A model generated the notes under the pieces. That model saw only the letters and a program-made list of their open reading frames with translations. It ran no database searches and was not told the DNA's origin. From IMG/VR virus record IMGVR_UViG_3300005077_000999, positions 1 to 26,733 of that record: DNA of 26,733 nt. One strand, written 5' to 3'. A program made the translations under genes and the position numbers. Positions 18,046 through 25,833 of the stretch are shown here, piece after piece (within the stretch, counting starts at the first letter, position 1; every line of letters starts with the position of its first letter). This stretch comes from a virus. Lineage: Duplodnaviria > Caudoviricetes.

Positions 18046-20403
18046 ATGGAACAGAACCTTGAACACTGCAAAAGCTGCCCAAGTTTTAACTGCCATAAGA
18101 CCTTCGTCCATCCATCGGGGGACATAACTGCTTCTGTCATGGTTTGTGGTGAAGGTCCTGGGAACAGTGAAGTGGGCCGGGACAAACCTTTTGTAGGCCA
18201 ATCCGGGGCTCTCCTCTGGGAGAAGCTCTGCGAGATTGGCTTTGCTACACCAAGAGACGACCTTTATGTCACGAACGTGGTAAAATGTATGGTATCCAGC
18301 CCCTCGGTGAAAACCGTTAACCACTGTGCTGGTTATTACCTCCGGCAGGAAATCAACCAGATGCCAAACCTGAAAAAGATCCTGGCACTGGGGAGCCCGG
18401 CCTATAAGTTCTTCAACCCCAAGTCCGCAAAGGGAATAATGGAGAACACGGGCAAAGCCTTTGTCGTAGACATCCCTCCCCTTATCCCTGCATCTGATAA
18501 CGTCACCTGTCTCCCCTCGCTGCACCCGGCTGCCGTGCTCCGGGACCCTCGCAAGATGGCCCTGTTCCGTGAGTCCCTCCGGGGTATGGTCCGGGATACC
18601 CCCCAGACTGCAAACCCCACCTACAAAATTACGGAGGACATCCGGGACTTGGAGAAAATGAAAGGCAAACCTATATCCTTCGACCTCGAAACCACGGGCC
18701 TGGACCCTTTCTCCTGCTACGTAACACATATAGGTATCTACACCGGTAAGACCGCACTTATCTACCCTGGGAAAATGCTCAGTAATCCAAACTTCATCAA
18801 AGCTCTGAAAGCCTGTGTCCTGATAGGCCACAACGCCAAGTTCGATTCCAAGTTTATCTACACAGCCTCAAAGGAATGGGTCTATGTGGCCTATGATACT
18901 ATGTTAATGGGCTATGTCAAGAACGAATCCTTTGGGACCGATGAGGACGGAGGATATGCCCTGGAACGTCTTGCTTGTCTCTACCTTGGGGTGGAAAAGT
19001 GGAAAACACCGATGAAAAAGAAGAAATTTGAGGTAGAAGGGGATGAAATGTATGAATATCTTGCGAGGGATGTCAAATATACCTACGATTTATGGAAAAT
19101 GTGGCAAGCTGATATGGGCTCGTTCTTTCACGGACATCTCATACCGTTATATAACGCCACGGCCCAAATGGAATATGGCGGAATTTCCATCGACGCTGCC
19201 TATACCACTTATATGGCAAAGTTCGCAACGCGCCGTATGGCGAAGCTCGTCAAGAAGCTCCGCAAAATAGGAAAGACCCACAAGACCTACAACCCCAATT
19301 CTTATGCACAGAATAGCAAGGTCTTTTACGAGATGGCAATAAAATACAAAGCCCCCTTGCGTATTCGATGTGACGGTAAATGGTTCAGCGTGGGTAAGGA
19401 CACCGGGGCCGAAGTCGTGGATGAATACGCGAAAATGGGCCTCCCTTTCTTTGTGGTAATGCAGCAATACCGTAAGATACAGAAGCTGTCATCTGTCTAC
19501 CTCACCACGAAGCACGTAAACAAGACCACAGGAAAGGTCCATACCTCATTCAAATGCCACGGGACTGAGACAGGGAGGTTAAGCTCTAAGGAGCCCAACA
19601 TCCAGAACGTCCCGAAGGAGGCCCGGAGGTTATACATCCCGGACCCCGGGCATGAGTTCTTTCTCTCTGTAGATTATAAGCAGCTTGAGATAATGGTAGC
19701 GGTAGGTATGGCAAACCTCCGGGAGCTTATCGAGGAGATCAATAAGGGGTATGACATCCATACTGTTACTGCAATGAAGATGACCGGGCTCAACCCATCT
19801 GACATTACCAGCTTTCAAAGGAGGGATGCAAAAGAGGTAAACTTTGGGTGCCTGTATGGTATCGGGCTCCCCAAACTTGCTGACCTGCTCAAATGTTCCA
19901 TCGAGGAGGCCGCAGCGTTCAAAGCCAGATACTTCGGGCCATTTACAGAATGGAAGGAGAAGGTTGAAAGTGAAGCTATCAGAAAGAGATACGTCGAGAC
20001 CATATACGGGGGCCGCCGGAGATTTGACCTTATCACGAGGAGGAACTACGAAGAGGTTAAAAGGCAAGTCTCCAACACAATCATACAAGGCAGCGCAGCG
20101 CAAATGGCGCAAGAAAGGCTTACAATTCTCATCCCTGAGCTGCCGAAACGCTTCAATGGTGCAAGGGTCGTCAATAACGTCCACGACAGTATTGACGCAA
20201 CCAGCCCCGGAGGGGGTATTGAGCGTGAGGTAGCAGCCTACATGAAAAAGGTTATGGAGGGGAAATACTTCTGGACCGATATGAAGTTCTCTGTTGATAT
20301 TGAAATAGGAAAACGGTGGCAGAACCAGAAGAAACCCAAGCATAATATCAATGTTGACCTCGGGCGTATGGCAAAATGGTGGGAGATGAAGGAGGATAAG
20401 TAA
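18046..20403 (+). CDS. polA: Family A DNA polymerase with N-terminal family-4-type uracil-DNA glycosylase domain and 3'-5' exonuclease
   Basis: UDG motifs: CKSC, VCGEGPG…E…PFVGQSG, YVTNVVKC, LHPAAVLR. Exonuclease motifs: FDLETTG, GHNAKFD, YLARD. Polymerase motifs: TETGRLSS…PNIQN, motif A DYKQLE, motif B RRDAKEVNFGCLYG, motif C VHDS. Confidence 0.93.
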   Translation: MEQNLEHCKSCPSFNCHKTFVHPSGDITASVMVCGEGPGNSEVGRDKPFVGQSGALLWEKLCEIGFATPRDDLYVTNVVKCMVSSPSVKTVNHCAGYYLRQEINQMPNLKKILALGSPAYKFFNPKSAKGIMENTGKAFVVDIPPLIPASDNVTCLPSLHPAAVLRDPRKMALFRESLRGMVRDTPQTANPTYKITEDIRDLEKMKGKPISFDLETTGLDPFSCYVTHIGIYTGKTALIYPGKMLSNPNFIKALKACVLIGHNAKFDSKFIYTASKEWVYVAYDTMLMGYVKNESFGTDEDGGYALERLACLYLGVEKWKTPMKKKKFEVEGDEMYEYLARDVKYTYDLWKMWQADMGSFFHGHLIPLYNATAQMEYGGISIDAAYTTYMAKFATRRMAKLVKKLRKIGKTHKTYNPNSYAQNSKVFYEMAIKYKAPLRIRCDGKWFSVGKDTGAEVVDEYAKMGLPFFVVMQQYRKIQKLSSVYLTTKHVNKTTGKVHTSFKCHGTETGRLSSKEPNIQNVPKEARRLYIPDPGHEFFLSVDYKQLEIMVAVGMANLRELIEEINKGYDIHTVTAMKMTGLNPSDITSFQRRDAKEVNFGCLYGIGLPKLADLLKCSIEEAAAFKARYFGPFTEWKEKVESEAIRKRYVETIYGGRRRFDLITRRNYEEVKRQVSNTIIQGSAAQMAQERLTILIPELPKRFNGARVVNNVHDSIDATSPGGGIEREVAAYMKKVMEGKYFWTDMKFSVDIEIGKRWQNQKKPKHNINVDLGRMAKWWEMKEDK

Positions 20404-20825
20404 TGGATAGGTGTGATTTGTGTTACAGGGAAACCTCCCCGTCCAATATGTTCTGTTGGGTAAATGGTTACATAAGGGATGGGTGTTTTGGGGAGCACGT
20501 TATTCAGGTTTGTCATAATTGTCACGATAGACTTATAAGCAAGACAAAAAGTGGTGATTTCGGCATACAAACGTATAAAGTCCCTATAAAACGTGCAACC
20601 TGCTACCGATGTCAGTTAAAAGGACCAGAGTCCCAGGGAAAATGTGATGTGGGATATTTAACTCCTTGTGGGGTATATGCTTGTAGGGAATGCAAGGACT
20701 CTGGGGTTCGCACTGTTTATAGGTCCGACCCCCTGTTTGGTGGAGCCTTTGCCCGGGATATGGAACCTTGTCATTGTGAGGCTAAATGGAACGCCGCATT
20801 ATACCTTGAAAGGATAGGGGTGTAA
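20403..20825 (+). CDS. Cys-rich multi-zinc-finger hypothetical protein
   Basis: 140 aa with CDLC, CHNC, CYRC and CREC; TAATG coupling to the polymerase gene. Confidence 0.75.
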   Translation: MDRCDLCYRETSPSNMFCWVNGYIRDGCFGEHVIQVCHNCHDRLISKTKSGDFGIQTYKVPIKRATCYRCQLKGPESQGKCDVGYLTPCGVYACRECKDSGVRTVYRSDPLFGGAFARDMEPCHCEAKWNAALYLERIGV

Positions 20826-20830
20826 GCAAA

Positions 20831-20998
20831 ATGGAGAGTTTAAAAGAATATCTTGAAGATAGAAGAAACAATACTTATGAGGAGGAGGTTGTTGAGGTAG
20901 CTGAATATGTATTAGATATTCTAGCTGAGAAAGGTGGTGGAGTAAGTGATAATGAACAAATTAAGGCTACATCTCGAATCACTGATGGAATATTATGA
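20831..20998 (+). CDS. Small acidic ORF, possibly a deletion remnant of the LRKAVE gene family
   Basis: MESLKEYLEDRRNN…, 55 aa; contains an out-of-frame LRKVVE* tail at 20925-20945. Confidence 0.45.
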   Translation: MESLKEYLEDRRNNTYEEEVVEVAEYVLDILAEKGGGVSDNEQIKATSRITDGIL

Positions 20999-21302
20999 TT
21001 CCGACGATATAGAGAAAGCGATAGAATTACTCGATGATGATGAGATGGAATATCGGTTTACGCTCAATGCTTACAAGAAGGACATCACTGACTTGAAAGC
21101 GTATGTGGACGAACTAAGGGAAGAACTCACTGCCCTCAAAAAAGAGTGTCAGGGGTGGGTAGATAAATTTCGGACCGGTGAGTGGGTGCTCATTGGCAAG
21201 GAAGAGTATCGTGAGTTTTTGAGATGGAAAGCCAAGCAAATGCCATTTGATACTGCAGGAGATTGTGAGCACAAGACTGAGCCGGAGGTGACGCATGAGT
21301 GA
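20946..21302 (+). CDS. Coiled-coil hypothetical protein
   Basis: 118 aa with heptads DLKAYVDELREELTALKKE; RBS GGTGGAG. Start is GTG 20946 or ATG 20952. Confidence 0.7.
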   Translation: MIMNKLRLHLESLMEYYDSDDIEKAIELLDDDEMEYRFTLNAYKKDITDLKAYVDELREELTALKKECQGWVDKFRTGEWVLIGKEEYREFLRWKAKQMPFDTAGDCEHKTEPEVTHE

Positions 21303-21525
21303 GATAGACGCTATAGGCACTTTTGCCCTGCTCTCGCAAGCAGCCAGAGAGTTGAGCAAGGAAAATGGCAGGTTACGGGCAGAACTAACCACCCTCAAAG
21401 CGCAGGTGCGGGAGTATCTTGATGCACTTGATAAAAGCAATCACTCAAATACGTTTGGGGAGTTACAGGAAGCCGCCTGTGTTTTACACAGGAAGACCAA
21501 TGAATTGAGAAAGGCGGTGGAGTAG
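21295..21525 (+). CDS. Coiled-coil hypothetical protein (LKAQVRE…LRKAVE family)
   Basis: 76 aa with GGAGGTG RBS. Confidence 0.7.
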   Translation: MSEIDAIGTFALLSQAARELSKENGRLRAELTTLKAQVREYLDALDKSNHSNTFGELQEAACVLHRKTNELRKAVE

Positions 21526-21526
21526 G

Positions 21527-21784
21527 ATGAATGCACTGAAAGACTATCTGCACAAAGGCTGGATGGGTGAGGGAAACCATTATACGATCCATGATTTTGC
21601 AGGATATGCATTACGGTGGCTGGTTCCAGATGCGGAGAAAGAGCACGAAGACCTGAAAGCGCAGGTGCGGGAGTGGACTCAAGTGATGGAAACAACTGAG
21701 GCATATATCGGAAACGGAGAAATAATTAAGAGAATCAGAACTGCGGTTGAAGAAATGCGTGAAGCGGCGGGAGGTGTGGGGTAA
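21527..21784 (+). CDS. Hypothetical protein (LKAQVRE family)
   Basis: 85 aa; shares 19 identical nt with the previous gene. Confidence 0.7.
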   Translation: MNALKDYLHKGWMGEGNHYTIHDFAGYALRWLVPDAEKEHEDLKAQVREWTQVMETTEAYIGNGEIIKRIRTAVEEMREAAGGVG

Positions 21785-21958
21785 TGGATGAACTGACAAA
21801 GTATCTACGTGAAAGGATTACTGGAACCGTATGGGCTTCAGATATACTAATAATGCTGAGAGCAGCAGAGGAGGAGCGGAGAAGACTAGAAAAGTGTCAC
21901 ACCGTGGACGATGCAGGCAGTGATAGACTTTGAAGCCCTGAGAAAGGCGGTGGAGTGA
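21784..21958 (+). pseudogene. Frameshifted member of the LRKAVE family
   Basis: MDELTKYLRERITG… stops at 21933, while the family tail …FEALRKAVE* (ending 21958) is in another frame. Confidence 0.45.
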
Positions 21959-22109
21959 GTGATCGAACCCTATGCAGCGCGTGGAGAAACTGGAACAGAA
22001 CCAAATAGAAGATTTCAGTCGTATTCTGACCTTGGAGGTTGTTGATGACTAACCAAATGACCCCCCTAAAACTGAAAATCAATTATTCAATTCTCTAAAC
22101 CTGCATAAT

Positions 22110-22288
22110 CCATTCAGTCAAGACGTAGGAGCCATTCAGTCAGGGCGTTTGAGAAAATGAAACCTCCGTAAGCGCGTAGCAACGGGGGTTTCGTAGTTTA
22201 CAACACATACCAGCATAGACAGTGTGCCGTTTTTTTCGCGGCGTGAAAACATCCTGCGAGACAAAATTTTTGCGATGTGAAAGGAGGG
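22110..22288 (+). promoter_or_regulatory. Intergenic module copy A: 2x CCATTCAGTC, hairpin, GTGAAAACA…CGAG…AAAATTTT box, RBS
   Basis: CCATTCAGTC at 22110-22119 and 22132-22141; stem 22159-22169/22182-22192. The same order of elements recurs at 26562-26715. Confidence 0.6.
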
Positions 22289-22295
22289 ACCCGAT

Positions 22296-22475
22296 GTGAC
22301 AATACGCGAACTCATCCTTGGCCTATTGGACCTGGTGCATGAAGAGGGTGTAAGCCGAGATGCCGAAGTCTCGGTCATAGACATTGACGCGGAGAACGTG
22401 GTTGATGTTTATATCCCTATCACCGAAGTGGCAGCGGTTTCAAAGGACAGGGTTATACTGAGAGGGGGGAGCTAA
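22296..22475 (+). CDS. 59-aa ORF ending in LRGGS, first gene of the Ubl operon (not in the ORF track)
   Basis: AAAGGAGG RBS, GTG start; MTIRELILGLLDLVHEEGVSRDAEVSVIDIDAENVVDVYIPITEVAAVSKDRVILRGGS; its stop abuts the next GTG. Confidence 0.75.
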   Translation: MTIRELILGLLDLVHEEGVSRDAEVSVIDIDAENVVDVYIPITEVAAVSKDRVILRGGS

Positions 22476-23957
22476 GTGTTCTGGTCTAGGCAACGTATAC
22501 CTGAAGGAAACCCAGAGCCCTATACCCTTCGTCTCAGCGAAGGGTATCTCTACAAAGACCCCCCATGGGGAATGAGAGCAGATGTGCATTATGAAACGCA
22601 GGGGATTAAAAAATGCACGTTTGTCCCAGACTACACTCCGAAACCACTGGTCCCAGAGAGGAGAACCCAGGCCCGGGAGTTCAAGATGATAGACCGAACC
22701 CTTCCGAAGTTAAACTTCGGGAAGCCCCGGGAGGAAACACATTTAAAACCAGTGGCCTACATAGACGTAGATGGGCAATTTCCCCCGGAATGGACAACTG
22801 CCATCATAGAGGTTACATCAAGACTGCCGGAAAGGTTTACCCAGGTTAACTTCCACTACTCTACAAGGCTAAGGAGGATATATCCCGAAGCGTCTCCCGG
22901 AAATAAGTTCACTATACTTGTGGGATATACAGATACCTATCCTCAATACGTATCGAACAACTACCATACGCCTCATATGTGGATTCCCAGGTTTATAGTC
23001 CCTGTAAAGCCTGGCAAGGGCTACCGACTGCACTACCTAAACGAAAACGACAGATACCCGATTGCTGTTTACAGTGAAAGAACCATCTGGTTTACACCGG
23101 ACGCAGAGCTGATAAAACCAGAAGACCGCCCACGACTACAGTATCTCATCAAACGTGTCATAGCTCAAATCCTCAGTGTAATGGCTGAGGAGGACAATCC
23201 ATATGAAAAGACCGCGATAGCTCGATACAAAGGGGAGAGATTAGACAACCTTAAAACTACGCTGACCGAGAAGACCCAATGGCTGGAAAAGCTAAAGCGC
23301 GACGTGGAGAATACAGAGCGTGAAATAACCAACCTGTTAAGAGAAGTCGAAGAGCTATCCGAACTGGAGGCACTACCAATTGACAAAACGAAACTTGGAC
23401 CAGAGGTTATAAACGTCAACACATCTGGCTCCGAGGTGACGTTTATAACCAAACCTCTAAGGGCTGTTGTAAAGGTGAAAGACCTGGCAGCAGTGCTTAG
23501 GTTAACCTTTCACTACCCTGACCCGGAGGAATGGGAAGGAGTGGACAAACTGACCTTCTACCTGGGGAGCTTCCGTGTAGGGTTCGATGCCTACAGATTC
23601 GATGCCTCTACCAATTATAAGGTGGAGAGACTAAAAGACACCACTCCAGAGGGAGGGTTACTTCCCCTCAATACCCATCCACATTATACAGGATGGGGCA
23701 CCTGCCTGGGAAAGACAGCCTCTGGGCAAGTGGAAAGCCTCATACTGGAAGGGGACCTGACAGGAGCTATAAACGTAATAGTGCGGTCCCTAAAGAGCGT
23801 AAACGTCTACGACTCAATAGGCAGTTTGATCAGAATGTGGCCTATTGAACACAACGGTAAGATTTACAAGATGGAAAGGAAGGATGTGAACGATGCTTAT
23901 ATTACCGAAGGGATTGTTTCTGCAGATACGGGCCTTAGTGATGTCAGTCCCGACTGA
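22476..23957 (+). CDS. Multidomain protein with a coiled coil and C-terminal prokaryotic E2/UBC-like domain
   Basis: H401-P-H403-YTGWGT-C410-LG resembles the E2 HPN…GxICL motif, preceded by beta-strands and followed by helices. Coiled coil at about residues 250-300. Adjacent to the JAB and ThiF genes. Confidence 0.65.
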   Translation: MFWSRQRIPEGNPEPYTLRLSEGYLYKDPPWGMRADVHYETQGIKKCTFVPDYTPKPLVPERRTQAREFKMIDRTLPKLNFGKPREETHLKPVAYIDVDGQFPPEWTTAIIEVTSRLPERFTQVNFHYSTRLRRIYPEASPGNKFTILVGYTDTYPQYVSNNYHTPHMWIPRFIVPVKPGKGYRLHYLNENDRYPIAVYSERTIWFTPDAELIKPEDRPRLQYLIKRVIAQILSVMAEEDNPYEKTAIARYKGERLDNLKTTLTEKTQWLEKLKRDVENTEREITNLLREVEELSELEALPIDKTKLGPEVINVNTSGSEVTFITKPLRAVVKVKDLAAVLRLTFHYPDPEEWEGVDKLTFYLGSFRVGFDAYRFDASTNYKVERLKDTTPEGGLLPLNTHPHYTGWGTCLGKTASGQVESLILEGDLTGAINVIVRSLKSVNVYDSIGSLIRMWPIEHNGKIYKMERKDVNDAYITEGIVSADTGLSDVSPD

Positions 23958-24387
23958 AATCACCATCCTGGGCGTAGCAGTTCAGGATGAGGGACACATT
24001 GAACTGGACCGTATATTCGTCCCTGACCAAGACTGTTATGCTCAACAAAGCATAGTCACGCCGCTGGGGTGGACTCAAGCGGAAAAGGCTTTAGGGACAT
24101 CGGCCATAAACTTCCACCTGCATAGTCACGGTGAATTTGAGGCTCACCCAACCCGAACGGACGAAGAGAGCATAAGCGAGGTAGTTCAGGCTTGGCACTT
24201 GCCCACTGACTTCTTTGTCTCTGTAGTCACAAACTACAGAGGAGACTGGGATTGCAGACTACATCTACCATACTGGCACGCCTTTGCACTAATTCCTGTG
24301 AAAATCGACTATGGTAACCCAGGGAAGGACCTTATCAATGTCCGGTGTTATGAAGGGAGGACGAGAATCCGATGGAAGGACCGTTGA
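23893..24387 (+). CDS. JAB/MPN+ (JAMM) metallopeptidase
   Basis: E22 … H77-S-H79-x7-T87-x2-D90, a complete JAMM signature with Thr in the usual Ser position. Confidence 0.88.
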   Translation: MLILPKGLFLQIRALVMSVPTEITILGVAVQDEGHIELDRIFVPDQDCYAQQSIVTPLGWTQAEKALGTSAINFHLHSHGEFEAHPTRTDEESISEVVQAWHLPTDFFVSVVTNYRGDWDCRLHLPYWHAFALIPVKIDYGNPGKDLINVRCYEGRTRIRWKDR

Positions 24388-25028
24388 TAGCACCCAACAG
24401 GCAACCGTCAATATCAGTAATAGGCTGTGGGGCGACGGGCTCCTGGGTAGGTGTCCTTCTGGCGCAGATGGGAATGGCTAAGACCACTACGATAATAGAC
24501 TTTGACGTGGTGGAAGACCACAACGTTATGAATCAAGCCTACCGAGCACAACATATAGGCTTGAAAAAGGTCGATGCCCTCTCCTCCATAATGGCTTCGG
24601 CCCATCCAAAGAGCCTATACCCACAGAAGTCTGATGTCAAAGCACCAGTTCCCTACTGGAACTATGGTCACTACGTATTCCTCCTCACGGATACTTTGGA
24701 ATCCAGGAAGGAAATAGCCTCAACTATCATAGATACTGGGCAGATAGCAACAGTGATCGAAACCCGGCTTGACAAGGAGTGCATACGGGTCTATGTTTTC
24801 GACGAAAACTCATACCATTACTGGTTGAGAACCCTCCCGGCCAAAGAACCCGTAAGGGAGGGTGAGTGCAATGCGACTTGGCCTACGCCTGTTGCCCCGA
24901 TGATGTTGGCTTCGTTGGCTGTGAACACTATGGTTCAGATAGTCAACGAAAACAACGTGCCGGATATAACTATCGTAGGGTTACATCCTTACGAAGTTAT
25001 CAAGCAGCAGTATAGAAGGGGGGTGTGA
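24372..25028 (+). CDS. ThiF/MoeB/E1-family adenylating enzyme
   Basis: VIGCGATGS glycine loop, IIDFDVVEDHNVMNQ, IGLKKVDAL, FLLTD; candidate thioester Cys166 (EGEC). No MoeB-type CxxC zinc pairs. Confidence 0.92.
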   Translation: MEGPLIAPNRQPSISVIGCGATGSWVGVLLAQMGMAKTTTIIDFDVVEDHNVMNQAYRAQHIGLKKVDALSSIMASAHPKSLYPQKSDVKAPVPYWNYGHYVFLLTDTLESRKEIASTIIDTGQIATVIETRLDKECIRVYVFDENSYHYWLRTLPAKEPVREGECNATWPTPVAPMMLASLAVNTMVQIVNENNVPDITIVGLHPYEVIKQQYRRGV

Positions 25029-25030
25029 TA

Positions 25031-25189
25031 ATGGGAAGACCCAAATGTGACAAATGTGACAAGCCTGCACAGGTATACCTGCCCATCAAGAACACAAACC
25101 CAAAGCAGTATACCAGACTGTGCATGAAGCACTACGAAGAGACACTCCCCCCTCCTACCAAGAAGAGAACAAAGAAAGGTGGTGGTTAG
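25031..25189 (+). CDS. 52-aa CxxC…CxxH zinc-finger protein ending in KKGGG (not in the ORF track)
   Basis: MGRPKCDKCDKPAQVYLPIKNTNPKQYTRLCMKHYEETLPPPTKKRTKKGGG; ATG 2 nt after the E1 stop, with a purine-rich RBS. Confidence 0.7.
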   Translation: MGRPKCDKCDKPAQVYLPIKNTNPKQYTRLCMKHYEETLPPPTKKRTKKGGG

Positions 25190-25261
25190 TGCTCCATAAA
25201 AACTGAATAGCGTTATGTTTAGGCCGAAAGAACCAAACAAAATGAAAGGATGGGAACAACA

Positions 25262-25489
25262 ATGCTTATTCACGTGACCATTGGTAGACTCCCTGGCCCC
25301 ACATTCACCGCTGAGGTAGAGGATGGAAACATCGTCTCCGGTATCCTCCAGGCAAACGGTCTCTACGTTGACATCAGCGCGGGGGATGAAATCCTCATCA
25401 ACGGAACACCGGGAACGGGCAATGAGACTCCCACCGAAGGCGATTCCATCAGAGTTGCCAAGGAGTGCGTCAGCAACAGCGGGAGGTAG
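25262..25489 (+). CDS. Ubiquitin-like beta-grasp protein (ThiS/MoaD/Ubl fold)
   Basis: IHVTIGRLPG (b1), TFTAEVEDG (b2), IVSGILQANG (helix), EILINGTP, TEGDSIRVAK (last strand); ends SNSGR. Start is ATG 25262, or 25250. Confidence 0.8.
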   Translation: MLIHVTIGRLPGPTFTAEVEDGNIVSGILQANGLYVDISAGDEILINGTPGTGNETPTEGDSIRVAKECVSNSGR

Positions 25490-25491
25490 CC

Positions 25492-25581
25492 ATGAACCAA
25501 GCCCTGAAAGATAAGATACTGGCCCATGTGGTCACGGGGCTCCTGGCTGCAATGTGCTTAGGGTTTTTTATGGGATACTGA
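25492..25581 (+). CDS. 29-aa single-pass membrane peptide
   Basis: GGGAGGT RBS; MNQALKDKILAHVVTGLLAAMCLGFFMGY. Confidence 0.55.
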   Translation: MNQALKDKILAHVVTGLLAAMCLGFFMGY

Positions 25582-25623
25582 GGGGGACCACAAACCCCTC
25601 TCCCATCACTGTTTTAGGAGGTT

Positions 25624-25833
25624 GTGATGAATCCTATTGATTCGGAATACCTGAACCTACTGGAAAGGATGATGAACTTTGCCTACCAACGGAGGGAACA
25701 CTTCTGGGCCTTGGCTAAGGCCAATGATGACACCGTAGCCGGAGGTTATCATGACGCTAACCGTGCTGAGGCGTGGGCAAAGGTTTATTTGTTATGCGCC
25801 AATGAGATTTTACGTATTGAAAGGAGCCAATGA
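25624..25833 (+). CDS. Hypothetical helical protein
   Basis: 69 aa with AGGAGGT RBS; ATGA overlap with the next gene. Confidence 0.7.
   Translation: MMNPIDSEYLNLLERMMNFAYQRREHFWALAKANDDTVAGGYHDANRAEAWAKVYLLCANEILRIERSQ

Noticed and set aside
18007-20343. Long minus-strand ORFs 18007-18831 and 19630-20343
   Set aside because: They are antisense shadows of the polymerase gene.
20925-21958. 21-nt repeats as a CRISPR array or att sites
   Set aside because: Spacing is irregular (580 and 433 nt), the repeats are coding and RBS-bearing, and no integrase is present in the window.
21955-22100. Short ORF fragments after the LRKAVE array
   Set aside because: Several frames give peptides under 30 aa and none is clearly supported; this is probably decayed sequence.
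22157-22194. Hairpin as a tRNA or known structured ncRNA
   Set aside because: It is a single stem-loop with no cloverleaf or recognisable family motif, so it is treated as part of the intergenic module.
24372-25489. ThiF plus ThiS-like pair as thiamine or molybdopterin biosynthesis genes
   Set aside because: There are no thiG, moaE, sulfurtransferase or rhodanese genes, the E1 lacks CxxC zinc pairs, and it is linked to E2-like and JAB genes. Sulfur-carrier chemistry is not formally excluded.
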